From: a bacterium
GTDB lineage: Bacteria > Verrucomicrobiota > Verrucomicrobiia > Limisphaerales > UBA11358
Direction: 5' to 3'
DNA: 64,000 nt
NCBI GenBank assembly: GCA_021817945.1
Contig: JAKAFL010000016.1
Span: forward strand, 429 to 64,428
In this document: one piece after another, positions 29,401-38,493 of the stretch
Layout of the letters: each line of letters opens with the position of its first letter
Numbering within the stretch: the stretch's first letter is position 1
Program-made: the position numbers and the translations under genes
Notes under the pieces: generated by a model
What the model saw: only the letters and a program-made list of their open reading frames with translations
The model's database searches: none
Told to the model about the DNA's origin: nothing

Positions 29401-29918
29401 GGTCAGAGGACGACAAGCCTCCGGGCACTGAGGGGTTGTTGCTTTTGAAAGGCCCGAATGTCATGGCTGGTTACCTGGGGGAACCGGAAAAAACCCGCGC
29501 CGTGCTCCGGAATGGCTGGTACGCCTCGGGCGACATGGCCACCATGGACGAGGATGGGTTTTTACAAATCACCGGGCGCCTCAGCCGCTACAGCAAAATC
29601 AGCGGGGAAATGGTTCCTCACCTCATGGTGGAAGAAGCGTTGCACGCCGCCGCAGACGCCAAGGAACTTTGTTTCGTGGTCACCAGTCTCCCGGATGAAA
29701 ACCGTGGGGAGCGGTTGGTGGTTTTGCACCGGTTAAATTCCGAGGGGTTTTCGAATTTGATGGACAAACGCAGTCAATGGAACCTGCCCAACCTTTGGAA
29801 GCCCAAACCCATGGATTTTTATTTTGTGGAGCAATTTCCAGTCCTGGGCACGCAAAAGCTCGACCTTCGCGGAATTCGTGTCCTGGCAGAACAGATCAGC
29901 GCCATGGCCAATTCCTGA
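26493..29918 (+). CDS. aas: Triple-fusion protein: MFS lysophospholipid transporter (LplT-like), PlsC-type acyltransferase domain, and acyl-ACP synthetase (Aas-like adenylation domain)
   Basis: The N-terminal roughly 400 aa are multi-TM and MFS-like (FSMAGGYLADRFSKRRV). The middle resembles the Aas acyltransferase (FAEG, IVPVALDG). The C-terminus has AMP-binding motifs: IFSSGSTGDPKGVPLSHYN, GYGATECGP, GDMATMDEDGFLQITGRLSRYSKISGEMV. Confidence 0.8.
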   Translation: MSESEAEDKKMRGFWFLILTQFQGAFSDNTLKWLTTFLITREIINPARQNHLMTVVTVLFTLPFCLFSMAGGYLADRFSKRRVILSVKLFEIMVMSLACYGLWVQKLKVTIFCVLLMGLHSAIFGPSKYSILPELLPEKKLSWGNGILEFGTFIAIISGTVAGGLLCTHFAANPVWSGVLLAALACLGLASAAMITPLPAANPNKAFCWNPFADAWANLKWIKSDRALCLALVGYAYFFAIAALIQLVIVIYARDALDLNDPIATSYLQAATAIGIGVGCLLAGFLSGGKIETGLMPLGGLGLTACAFALGLSPGSFALTALKLSLLGFFGGFYVVPVSAMLQHRPHSDRKGGVQGVANLASWACIGFSALVFSVLSTVFKLTPPEIFTMIGLATLTATVGLLILAPETALRMVLWFVTHSLCRVTVMGRDQIPETGGALFVSNRLSMAGVLALSASTDRAIRFLMAEPSGQSVCHRFLNRILKVIQIPPGAGTTARCLCTAKEAVENGEVVCIFAEGIVLESGGVISLQAGLVQIMSGLQAPIVPVALDGLLPGAGHSGRQGILGGVPRRLPVRLRILFGPSMPSNSSAAMIRKANQELLEKAWPLRRGFMRPLPHEFIRMARRHPRRFCMADSMSGSMGFFQALLKTVFLAKRLKEPWKGQRFVGICLPPSIPAALANHAAHLCGKVPVNLNYTLSPVALQACAHKGGIQTILTSKRFLEKIGMVLPGRLLFIEDIARDPRVLEKGLAFLMAAFAPQRCLGWYVGVRHPAGLDDAATVIFSSGSTGDPKGVPLSHYNLLSNISQMEQVLDVSDVTRFLGILPLFHSFGFTVTLCLPSVCGVGVAFHPNPLDARSIGCLVLRQKVNIILATPGFLQIYLRQLPASDFAAVRQVIAGGEKLPETLAEAFEKHFGIRPQEGYGATECGPAVAVNMMNPHDPAWIQVNGKRGKVGRILPGMAARLADPDNPWSEDDKPPGTEGLLLLKGPNVMAGYLGEPEKTRAVLRNGWYASGDMATMDEDGFLQITGRLSRYSKISGEMVPHLMVEEALHAAADAKELCFVVTSLPDENRGERLVVLHRLNSEGFSNLMDKRSQWNLPNLWKPKPMDFYFVEQFPVLGTQKLDLRGIRVLAEQISAMANS

Positions 29919-30370
29919 TCGAAAGTTTTTTCAAAACCTTGATCCACTTGTCATTCATGGTTTCGTGATGTTTGGAGTGTCTTGGTTTTCCGATTGTTTT
30001 TGGAAACCAAATCGAAGGCGGTGGATTTTCCATCAAAACAGGGTGGCTATCACCGAAAGGGGCCAATAATCCGGCTTGCTATCTGATGGATTTTCGGCTG
30101 ATGGCGCGGAAGGGGGGACACTTTTGGCTTTAATACTGATGAACAGGCTTGATTGGCTCGGTCAGCGCAGATGGGGATTTTTGCGAAAAACAAGGGGTAA
30201 TACGCAGTTTAGTGCGTGGCTTGTCCAAATAAGTGAAATTTTTCACAAACTTTTCTTGCGGGGTGTCCGCCAATGTATTAAATGTTTTCCGCGACAGGGA
30301 TTCGGAGCATTAGTCCTTGTGATTGTTTTAGCGATTTGCCGTGGTTTTTGCCGATTTATCGGCGTTTGAA

Positions 30371-31039
30371 ATGTCAGCAATTTTTCCAAAGTGGACAAAC
30401 TGGCTTCCGTTGGTGTTGGCCTTGGTCGCCGCACTGGCGGGGGGTGCCGTGACCGCGGGAGTGGCCGTTTACGTTACGCCCAAATATTATCGCGTGGGTT
30501 ACCAACCGGTCCAGCCGGTTCCTTTTTCCCACAAGGTGCATGCCGGCCAGTTGGGTCTGGATTGCCGCTATTGCCATAGCAACGTGGATAAATCCTGGGT
30601 GGCAAACATTCCCTCCGCCAGCACCTGCATGAATTGCCACAACCAGGTGCTCAAGGACGACCCACGGCTTGCCATAGTCCGCGAGAGCGCCACCAATAAC
30701 ACCCCAATCCCCTGGGTTCAGATTCACATCGTTCCTGATTACGTTTATTTCAATCATTCCGTCCACGTCAACCGCGGCATCAGTTGCGTGGAATGCCATG
30801 GCCGCGTGGATCAAATGGACACAGTCCGGCAGGCGAAATCCTTGAGCATGAGTTTCTGCCTGGATTGCCATCGCGACCCCGCTGCCCACATTCGTCCAGT
30901 GGACAAGGTCACCGACCTGGGTTGGCAATGGGATTCAGATCCCGCGAAGGCCGCCAAGATGCAGGAAATCAACGGGACAAAGTTTGTTCATGACTGGAAA
31001 GTGGAATCGCTTCAAAGTTGCTCAGCCTGCCATAGATGA
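30371..31039 (+). CDS. actA: Alternative complex III subunit ActA (pentahaem cytochrome c)
   Basis: Five CxxCH motifs are present (CRYCH, CMNCH, CVECH, CLDCH, CSACH) after an N-terminal TM anchor. The ATG is at 30371; the tracked GTG is at 30341. Confidence 0.85.
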   Translation: MSAIFPKWTNWLPLVLALVAALAGGAVTAGVAVYVTPKYYRVGYQPVQPVPFSHKVHAGQLGLDCRYCHSNVDKSWVANIPSASTCMNCHNQVLKDDPRLAIVRESATNNTPIPWVQIHIVPDYVYFNHSVHVNRGISCVECHGRVDQMDTVRQAKSLSMSFCLDCHRDPAAHIRPVDKVTDLGWQWDSDPAKAAKMQEINGTKFVHDWKVESLQSCSACHR

Positions 31040-34000
31040 AAACAATTCGCAAACCTGTCCCCGCTCCCACCACGGGCCGTCGCCATTGGCGAAGCCTTGA
31101 GGAATTGGCCGACACGAAGGAGTTCAAGGAGTGGCTGCATCGCGAATTCCCCTCTGGTGCCAGTGAAATGGCTGAGGGCCAGTCCCGCAGGCATTTTCTG
31201 CAGATCATGTCGGCCTCGTTTGCCCTGGCAGGCATCGCCACCTTGGGGGCTGGGTGCAGGCGTCCCGTCGAGAATCTTGAGCCTTTTGGAAAACAGCCGT
31301 CTGATTATGTGTTTGGCGCCTCCCAGTACTTCGCCACAGCCATGCCACTTCGGTGCGGGGCACAGCCCCTGGTGGTGAAATCGTACGAAGGCAGGCCCAT
31401 CAAGATTGAAGGAAACAACCTTTTTCCTGGCGGAATCGGCGCTACGGATCGCTACGCTCAGGCGTCCATCCTGGACTTGTACGACCCGGACCGGGCCAGG
31501 TTTTATCGCAAGCAAGGGCAGAAAATTTCCAAAGACGAGGCGTTGAGCAGTCTTTCCGCGTTGTCCAGCCGCTTCGCAGGCAATCAGGGGCAGGGACTGG
31601 CCTTCGTGATGGAACAGACAGCATCCCCGTCACGCGATCGTCTTCAGGCGATCCTCGCCAGCCGTTATCCCCAAGCTGAATGGTATGCGGCGGACGCCAT
31701 CCATTCCGTCATTCATCAGGAAGCTGCTTCCAAGGCTTTTGGCCAGCCAGTCCGCCCTGAATTTCATTTTGAAAAAGCCCGCGTCATTCTTTCTCTCGAT
31801 GCCGATTTCCTGGGAGGTGAGGATGACTCAGTGAACCATATTCGCCGGTTTACCTCAGGCCGTAAGCCCGGGGAAACCATGAACCGGCTTTATGTGGTGG
31901 AATCGCTATTCACCCTCACGGGTGCGGCGGCAGACCATCGTCTGCGTCTTGGCGCCAGCCAGGTTTTGGGGGTTGCATCCCAGATTTTGGATCAAATCAA
32001 TGGAAAAGGAACTGCTTCGACTCCATGGGTTGCCGAATGCGCACGTGATTTGGCCGCTAATCCAGGCGCAGCGCTGGTCATGGCCGGCCAAGGTCAACCC
32101 TTGGCGGTTCATCTTTTGGCAAATGCCATCAATTCAGCCTTGGGTGCCGTGGGTAATACCCTTTTGCTCCTATCCGCCCCTGCGCCTTCAGTGCATTTGA
32201 AATCGTTCCGGGATTTGAAACCTTCCGCAGTGGATACCTTGGTCATAGTTGGGGCCAATCCGGCGTATCATTTTAATTGGACCCAAAAGCCCCAAAACGT
32301 GGTACGGCTGGGTTTTTACGAGGATGAAACCTCGGAATTAAGCGATCTTCACATTCCCTCCGCCCACTATCTTGAATCGTGGGGCGATGCCTTGGCGTCC
32401 AACGGTTGCAAGCTGGCTATTCAGCCGCTCATTCAACCTTTATTTGACGGCATGACCGAGCTCGAGTTTTTGGCGAGAATCGCTGGCGAAACCGTCACCA
32501 ACCCCTATTCCATTGTGATGTCCACCTTTGGCGATGATGGGGATTCGTGGAAGCAATTTCTTTTCAACGGATTCGTGGCGGATGCCGCCCCAATGCCCGG
32601 CAATTTGTCACTGGCATTGGGAGTGGATGAATTACAATCTTTGGCCGCCGGGGGCGGCACCCAGGTGCCATCTGCAGACAAGCTGGAAGTGGTTTTCTAC
32701 CGCGATGCCAAGTTGGATGATGGGCGATTTGCCAACAACGGCTGGATGCAGGAGCTGCCGGATCCCATCACTAAAATGACGTGGGACAACGCCGTGCTGA
32801 TGAGCCGTAAAACCGCGCGCGCCTTGGGCGTCGAAAACGGCGATCTTGTGGAAATTTCCTTGAATGGAAGCGCGGTGACCGGACCGGTTTGGACCCAGCC
32901 AGGAATGGCGGATTTTTCGCTGGGGCTGGCTTTGGGTTATGGTCGCAGTCGCGCTGGACGTGTCGGGTCAGGGGTTGGATTCAATGCTTTCACCCTGTTC
33001 AGGGGTCGGTATGTCGAGTCTGGCGCCACCATCCGTAAGACGGGATCATCCTATGTGCTTGCCTGCACTCAGGACCACTGGAGCATGGAAGGTCGTCCCG
33101 CCGTTCGCGAGGCTAATTTGGATGAGTTCAGCCGGAATCCACAATTTGCCAGCGAGGATTTCCATGGCGTGGAGCCGCCAATTGTCCAGTCCTTGTATCC
33201 CAACCCGTTGGACGAGGCCAAAAAAACCGCCCTCCAGCAATGGGGCATGGCGGTGGATTTGAATGCCTGCGTGGGATGCGGCACCTGCGTGGTGGCATGC
33301 CAAAGCGAAAATAACATTCCGATCGTGGGCAAGGATCAGGTCAAACGCGGGCGTGAAATGCACTGGATGCGCATTGACCGTTATTACACCTCGGACCCCG
33401 GGCGCAAGCATAATCCGAGCCTGTTTGATTTTAATGCGGATGAAAACCAGTCAGATCCCAACCAGCAGTTTGCCGAGTGGATTGACGATGTCCAAGCCGT
33501 AAACCAGCCGATGTTGTGCCAACAGTGCGAATCGGCCCCTTGCGAGAGCGTTTGTCCGGTCAATGCCACCGTCCATGATGAGGAAGGTTTGAATGTGATG
33601 GCTTACAACCGTTGCATTGGCACCCGCTATTGCTCGAACAATTGCCCGTACAAAGTCCGGCACTTCAATTTCCTGGATTACAACAAACGCCCCCTGAGCG
33701 AGCTCAAGGGACCGATGTATTCCACCACTCTCACGCATAAAACGAATGGTGAATGGGACCTTCTGCGTTGGTTGAAGGATCCAGACATTGGAATGCGCAC
33801 GGAGGCTGAATGGGACCTCATCAAGCTTTCCAAGAATCCGGATGTGACGGTGCGGATGCGTGGCGTGATGGAAAAATGCACTTATTGCACCCAGCGCATT
33901 GAGCAGGCCAAGATCGCCCAAAAATCCAAGGCGGGAGGGAGCGGGAATGTCCGGCTTACCGAGGCTGATGGCACCATTCCAAAGACCGCGTGCCAGCAGG

Positions 34001-34233
34001 TTTGTCCGGCGGGGGCGATTGTGTTTGGAGACGTGAGCGATCCAGAAAGCACGGTCTCCCGCCAAAAATTATCCCCGCTCAACTACTCGGTTTTGGGGGA
34101 CCTGCTGACCAAGCCGCGGACCACTTACTTGGCCCGGGTGCGCAACCCCAATCCGGCCATGCCTGATTACCATGCGCCTTACAGCACTGAAGAATACGAA
34201 AACGGTCTCTTGACCAGGAAAGGAACCAGCTAA
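31036..34233 (+). CDS. actB: Alternative complex III subunit ActB (molybdopterin-oxidoreductase-like plus 4Fe-4S ferredoxin module)
   Basis: A Tat signal is present (SRRHFLQIMSASFALAGIA). The large N-terminal domain belongs to the Mo-bisPGD family. The C-terminal Fe-S motifs are CVGCGTCVVACQSEN, CQQCESAPCESVCP, CIGTRYCSNNCPYKVRHFN and CQQVCPAGAIVFGD. Confidence 0.9.
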   Translation: MKTIRKPVPAPTTGRRHWRSLEELADTKEFKEWLHREFPSGASEMAEGQSRRHFLQIMSASFALAGIATLGAGCRRPVENLEPFGKQPSDYVFGASQYFATAMPLRCGAQPLVVKSYEGRPIKIEGNNLFPGGIGATDRYAQASILDLYDPDRARFYRKQGQKISKDEALSSLSALSSRFAGNQGQGLAFVMEQTASPSRDRLQAILASRYPQAEWYAADAIHSVIHQEAASKAFGQPVRPEFHFEKARVILSLDADFLGGEDDSVNHIRRFTSGRKPGETMNRLYVVESLFTLTGAAADHRLRLGASQVLGVASQILDQINGKGTASTPWVAECARDLAANPGAALVMAGQGQPLAVHLLANAINSALGAVGNTLLLLSAPAPSVHLKSFRDLKPSAVDTLVIVGANPAYHFNWTQKPQNVVRLGFYEDETSELSDLHIPSAHYLESWGDALASNGCKLAIQPLIQPLFDGMTELEFLARIAGETVTNPYSIVMSTFGDDGDSWKQFLFNGFVADAAPMPGNLSLALGVDELQSLAAGGGTQVPSADKLEVVFYRDAKLDDGRFANNGWMQELPDPITKMTWDNAVLMSRKTARALGVENGDLVEISLNGSAVTGPVWTQPGMADFSLGLALGYGRSRAGRVGSGVGFNAFTLFRGRYVESGATIRKTGSSYVLACTQDHWSMEGRPAVREANLDEFSRNPQFASEDFHGVEPPIVQSLYPNPLDEAKKTALQQWGMAVDLNACVGCGTCVVACQSENNIPIVGKDQVKRGREMHWMRIDRYYTSDPGRKHNPSLFDFNADENQSDPNQQFAEWIDDVQAVNQPMLCQQCESAPCESVCPVNATVHDEEGLNVMAYNRCIGTRYCSNNCPYKVRHFNFLDYNKRPLSELKGPMYSTTLTHKTNGEWDLLRWLKDPDIGMRTEAEWDLIKLSKNPDVTVRMRGVMEKCTYCTQRIEQAKIAQKSKAGGSGNVRLTEADGTIPKTACQQVCPAGAIVFGDVSDPESTVSRQKLSPLNYSVLGDLLTKPRTTYLARVRNPNPAMPDYHAPYSTEEYENGLLTRKGTS

Positions 34234-35672
34234 TGGCCGGCCCAGTTATTTCAGCGGAAGAAATCAAGCGATTGGCCCCCCCGGAGGAATTTAGAGCTTC
34301 CCCGATTGTGGAGGGGTCCAAGGGTTTGGGTTGGCTCACGGACCGGTTGTCTGCCTTTGCCGAGGCCAAGACCCCGATCTGGTGGTGGGTTGCCTTCCTT
34401 CCTGCAGTGTTCTGCGCCGCCGTGGTCTTCCCCATCTGCCTGTTCTATCAGGTTTTCACCGGGGTGGGGGTCTGGGGTAACAACCATCCCGTGATGTGGG
34501 GGCTGGACATTGTCAACTTCATCTGGTGGGTGGGCGTGGCGCATGCCGGCACCTTGATTTCAGCCCTGCTTTTCCTGACCAAGCAAGGCTGGAGAACCAC
34601 AATCGGTCGCATGGCCGAGGCGATGACTGTCTTTTCAGTGGCCATGGCCGGATTGTATCCCGCCATTCACGTGGGTCGCGCCTGGTTTGATTGGTTCATG
34701 TTTCCCATCCCCAATTCCAACGGCCTTTGGCCCCAGTTCCGTTCACCGCTCATGTGGGATGTCTTCGCCGTCAACACCTATCTGGTGGTTTCCACTCTTT
34801 TTTGGTTCATGGGCATGATTCCGGATTTTGCCGTTCTTCGCGACCGTTCGAAGACCCGGTTGCGCAAGGCCATCTTCAGCGCGCTGGCCATGGGTTGGAC
34901 TGGTTCAGCGCGGCATTGGCATAACTACGAAAAAGCCTACACCGTTTTCGCTGGATTGTGCACGCTGCTGGTTTTCACCGTTAGTTCCATCGTCGGTTTG
35001 GATTTCTGCACAGCCCAAATCGCGGGGTGGCATGCCACCATTTTCCCGCTTTATTTTGTGATTGGCGCCGTTTTCTGCGGCTTCGGCATGATGCTCGTTC
35101 TGCTGATTTCCCTTCGCAAATTGTGCCATCTCGAGGATATCATCACCAAAAGCCACATTGACAAGGTGGCCAAGCTGACACTCGTCAGCGGTCTGGTTAT
35201 TGCCTACATCTATTTGATGGAGTTTTTCATTGCCTGGTATAGTGGCGACCCCTATGAACGCTGGGTCTTTGGGCACCGGCTGTTTGGCCATACTTACTGT
35301 GTCATGGGCTGGATTCTCATTGGCGTGAACGTGGTCATGACCCAGTTGTTATGGATAAAAAAGGTTCGTTCCAACCTGGTCCTTTTGTTTATCATCGGCG
35401 TCCTGATCAATATCGGAATGTGGACGGAACGGTTTGTAATCGTAGTGGGATCCTTGTACCAGGATTTCCTGCCGGCCAATTGGGGCAAATATCTTCCCAC
35501 GCGCTGGGATATTGGTTTGTACATAGGCACGCTGGGTGCATTCTTCACGTTGTACCTGCTTTTCGTAAAGTTCCTGCCCATGATAGCAATTTCCGAGGTC
35601 AAAGGTGCCATGCCAGAGGCTGACCCACACCACCCCAGTGGCGGCGCCTTGAAGGAGGCCCATCATGAATGA
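34233..35672 (+). CDS. actC: Alternative complex III subunit ActC (NrfD/PsrC-like quinol-interacting membrane subunit)
   Basis: It is a polytopic membrane protein of NrfD type (WGLDIVNFIWWVGVAHAGTLISA...). Its start overlaps the actB stop by 1 nt. Confidence 0.85.
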   Translation: MAGPVISAEEIKRLAPPEEFRASPIVEGSKGLGWLTDRLSAFAEAKTPIWWWVAFLPAVFCAAVVFPICLFYQVFTGVGVWGNNHPVMWGLDIVNFIWWVGVAHAGTLISALLFLTKQGWRTTIGRMAEAMTVFSVAMAGLYPAIHVGRAWFDWFMFPIPNSNGLWPQFRSPLMWDVFAVNTYLVVSTLFWFMGMIPDFAVLRDRSKTRLRKAIFSALAMGWTGSARHWHNYEKAYTVFAGLCTLLVFTVSSIVGLDFCTAQIAGWHATIFPLYFVIGAVFCGFGMMLVLLISLRKLCHLEDIITKSHIDKVAKLTLVSGLVIAYIYLMEFFIAWYSGDPYERWVFGHRLFGHTYCVMGWILIGVNVVMTQLLWIKKVRSNLVLLFIIGVLINIGMWTERFVIVVGSLYQDFLPANWGKYLPTRWDIGLYIGTLGAFFTLYLLFVKFLPMIAISEVKGAMPEADPHHPSGGALKEAHHE

Positions 35673-36204
35673 TAAACTCTACGGCATCATGGCCGAATTC
35701 GATTCGCCCGCTGCGGTTCTGCGCGCGGCCAAGGCGGTCCGGGACGCTGGCTACCGCCGGTGGGATGTTTTTTCGCCCTTTCCTGTTCATGGCATGGACA
35801 AGGTGATGGGCTTGGGGAATTCTTTGGTGGGTTGGGTGTCTCTTCTCCTTGGCGCAGGCGCTTTCATGTCGGTGGTGGGGCTGATCTGGTACGCGAATGC
35901 CTTTGATTATCCATTGATTGTCGGCGGCAAACCCATGTTCAGCGAACCCATGACCTTTGTTCCTTCCTATATCATGTTGATCATGGGAGGCGCGGTGGGT
36001 TCATTGGTGGGGATGCTGGCATTTAACCAACTCCCGCGCTTGAATCATCCATTGCTCAGCAAACCACGTTTTGAGCTGGCATCGCGTGATAAGTTTGTGC
36101 TCGTGATTGGGGTGAAGGATGACAAGTTCTGCCTCACCAAAACCCGGCAATTGCTTGAAAAAATTGGCGGAAACGCCGTGACTGTTGTGGAGGACGAGGA
36201 CTGA
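35665..36204 (+). CDS. actD: Alternative complex III subunit ActD (DUF3341)
   Basis: The N-terminus LYGIMAEFDSPAAVLRAAKAVRDAGYRRWDVFSPFPVHGMD is followed by two TM helices, which is the typical ActD layout. Confidence 0.8.
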   Translation: MNDKLYGIMAEFDSPAAVLRAAKAVRDAGYRRWDVFSPFPVHGMDKVMGLGNSLVGWVSLLLGAGAFMSVVGLIWYANAFDYPLIVGGKPMFSEPMTFVPSYIMLIMGGAVGSLVGMLAFNQLPRLNHPLLSKPRFELASRDKFVLVIGVKDDKFCLTKTRQLLEKIGGNAVTVVEDED

Positions 36205-36881
36205 TGCGCTACGCCATTTCCATCCTTTTGATAGGGGCCTTCATCGGCGGGGCTGTTGTGGGCATGCTGGGTTTGCCGGGCCGCATTTCCAGCCAGCCGC
36301 CGGTGGAGATTTATTCAGACCGTTACTTCCCAGGCATGGACCGCCAGCCCAAATTGCGGCCCCAAAAGCCCTTCGAGTTTTTCGCCAACGGCGTGAGTTC
36401 GCAGTTGCCCCCGCCGGGCACAGTGGCCCGTTCACCCGGAGTCGCCACCCTCAGCGGGGTAGTTCACCGTTTTGAGGATAATCCTTTCAACACCGGAATG
36501 GTCACCGGCTCGACCAATTTTATTGATGTGAACCCCATGCCAATGACTCAAGCGTTGCTGGAACGCGGACGGCAACGGTTTGATATTTACTGCGCCCCCT
36601 GCCATGGCAGGCTCGGCGATGGCAATGGCATCACCAAGGCCATAGGCGACATGCCAGCGGTGGCCAACCTGCACGATGCCCGGATCATTTCCATGCCCGA
36701 CGGGGAAATCTTCAATACTGTCACCCACGGCAAGGGTCTGATGGGCGCCTATGGTCCCATTGTCCCCGCCGAGGACCGATGGGCTGTGATTGCCTATTTG
36801 CGGGCCCTGCAATTGAGCGATCTTGGGACGACGAACGACCTTGATGCCAGCCAGCAGGCCCTCCTGAACCACACGCCATGA
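36204..36881 (+). CDS. actE: Alternative complex III subunit ActE (monohaem cytochrome c)
   Basis: It has an N-terminal anchor and a single CAPCHGRLGDG haem motif, with a distal Met region (GKGLMGAYG). Confidence 0.8.
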   Translation: MRYAISILLIGAFIGGAVVGMLGLPGRISSQPPVEIYSDRYFPGMDRQPKLRPQKPFEFFANGVSSQLPPPGTVARSPGVATLSGVVHRFEDNPFNTGMVTGSTNFIDVNPMPMTQALLERGRQRFDIYCAPCHGRLGDGNGITKAIGDMPAVANLHDARIISMPDGEIFNTVTHGKGLMGAYGPIVPAEDRWAVIAYLRALQLSDLGTTNDLDASQQALLNHTP

Positions 36882-38137
36882 GTCATTCCCACCATCATCA
36901 TTCCGCCACGCCGCGATTGGATTTGTCCGGCTGGGGTTTTCTTCCGTCATTCCTCATGACGGCGGGAGGTTTGCTTTCCGTGCTGGGCCTGCTTGTCTCG
37001 TGGAAGCATGGTGTTTTGTTTGAATTCGGTTGCTCATGGCTGCTGGCATTCATGTTTTTTTACAGCCTTGCCATTGGTGCCCTTTTCCTGGTGATGATTC
37101 ACCATCTTTCCGGCGCTGCATGGTCCCTGGGACCCCGCCGGTTTTGTGAACACATTGCCTCGCTTCTTGGGTGGCCGCTTGTGCTCATGTTTATTCCCGT
37201 GGGCTTGTTTGGTCATCAGATTTACCAGTGGATGAACTTGGACCCCGCCACCAACAATCTGGTTGCAGCCAAGGCGCCGGTTTTCACCATTCCCGGTTTT
37301 TGGATCACCTCCGGCATCTTTTTTGCATTGCTGTGGTTCCTTTCATCGAGGCTATCATCGCTTTCCATCGAGCAGGATCAGACTGGCGCTCCCTCCTGCA
37401 CCCGGAAAATGAATTTTCATTCGGGCTGGGGCATTGTCGCTCTTTCTCTTCTGCTCACCTTTTCCAGTGTGCTGTGGATGAAAGCGGTTCAATACCAGTT
37501 TTTCTCCTGTATTTATGGCGTGTATTTCTTCTCCGATTGCGCATGGATCGCCCTGGCAACGGTCTATGTGGTTTCCGTGATTCTCTATCGGCAGGGCGCC
37601 TTGTCCCGGGTTTTGCACGAGCACTGTTTCCAAAACATTGCGCTTTTGTTGTTTGGATTCACCTTGTTCTCGGCTTATACGGAGTTTGCGCAGTATTTCG
37701 TGGTCTGGAATGCCAACATGCCTGAGGAAACATTTTGGTACCTGATTCGTGAGCATGGCAATTGGTGGACGCTGGGGTTGGTTCTTATTTTCGGCCATTT
37801 CTTTGTTCCCTTTTTTGTCCTGCTTCCCCTGAAAATCAAAACTAATTTCAAGGTCATTGTTCCGGTGTGCATATTGGTGGCTTTCATGCATGCGCTGGAC
37901 CTCGCCTTCAATATATTCCCTGCTCATCGTTCTGAGGGTTATCATTTGCGCTGGATCTGGCTGCCTGTTGGGGTTTTCATGTTCATGGGCGGTTTTCTGG
38001 CCAATGTTTTCCTGATGCGGTTTCACTCTCACGCGGCCTATCCCCAAAGGGATCCACGCCTGCTGGAGGCCATGGGCATGAACCCGAATTCAATCAATGA
38101 CCTGGCTCCCAACACTCTCGCCAACTCTCAGCCATGA
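36878..38137 (+). CDS. actF: Alternative complex III subunit ActF (second NrfD-like membrane subunit)
   Basis: It is a polytopic membrane protein in the position of ActF, in the canonical actABCDEF order, with a 4-nt overlap on each neighbour. Confidence 0.75.
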   Translation: MSHSHHHHSATPRLDLSGWGFLPSFLMTAGGLLSVLGLLVSWKHGVLFEFGCSWLLAFMFFYSLAIGALFLVMIHHLSGAAWSLGPRRFCEHIASLLGWPLVLMFIPVGLFGHQIYQWMNLDPATNNLVAAKAPVFTIPGFWITSGIFFALLWFLSSRLSSLSIEQDQTGAPSCTRKMNFHSGWGIVALSLLLTFSSVLWMKAVQYQFFSCIYGVYFFSDCAWIALATVYVVSVILYRQGALSRVLHEHCFQNIALLLFGFTLFSAYTEFAQYFVVWNANMPEETFWYLIREHGNWWTLGLVLIFGHFFVPFFVLLPLKIKTNFKVIVPVCILVAFMHALDLAFNIFPAHRSEGYHLRWIWLPVGVFMFMGGFLANVFLMRFHSHAAYPQRDPRLLEAMGMNPNSINDLAPNTLANSQP

Positions 38138-38493
38138 ATCCTGATAATATCAATCGCGCTTCGGGTGCTGTCATCGGTTTGATCGCAGGAAGCGGCTTGT
38201 TTTTGCTGGCTGCTGTGGCCCTTCACGCCTTGGCGCCTGCTCCGGATGTTGATTCCCTCTACGCTGCCAAACGATCGGCATCGCTCGAAAAAATCAGGTC
38301 CACAGAAAATGCCGGCTTAAATTCTCCCGCTTGGATTGATCCCACACGGGGAATTGTTCGTTTGCCTATTCAAACCGCGATGCAGATTCTGGTTTCGGAA
38401 GGCCAGGACGGCGCGGCGGCACGGCAGGACCTCCTGGGCCGGGAGAAAAAAGCTACGGCCCCGGTGGCCGCCCAACCCAATGCTTTCGAATGA
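38134..38493 (+). CDS. Small single-pass membrane protein, operon-internal (function unknown)
   Basis: It has one TM helix (AVIGLIAGSGLFLLAAVALHAL). It is translationally coupled on both sides by 4-nt ATGA overlaps with actF and the CcoN-like gene. Confidence 0.55.
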   Translation: MNPDNINRASGAVIGLIAGSGLFLLAAVALHALAPAPDVDSLYAAKRSASLEKIRSTENAGLNSPAWIDPTRGIVRLPIQTAMQILVSEGQDGAAARQDLLGREKKATAPVAAQPNAFE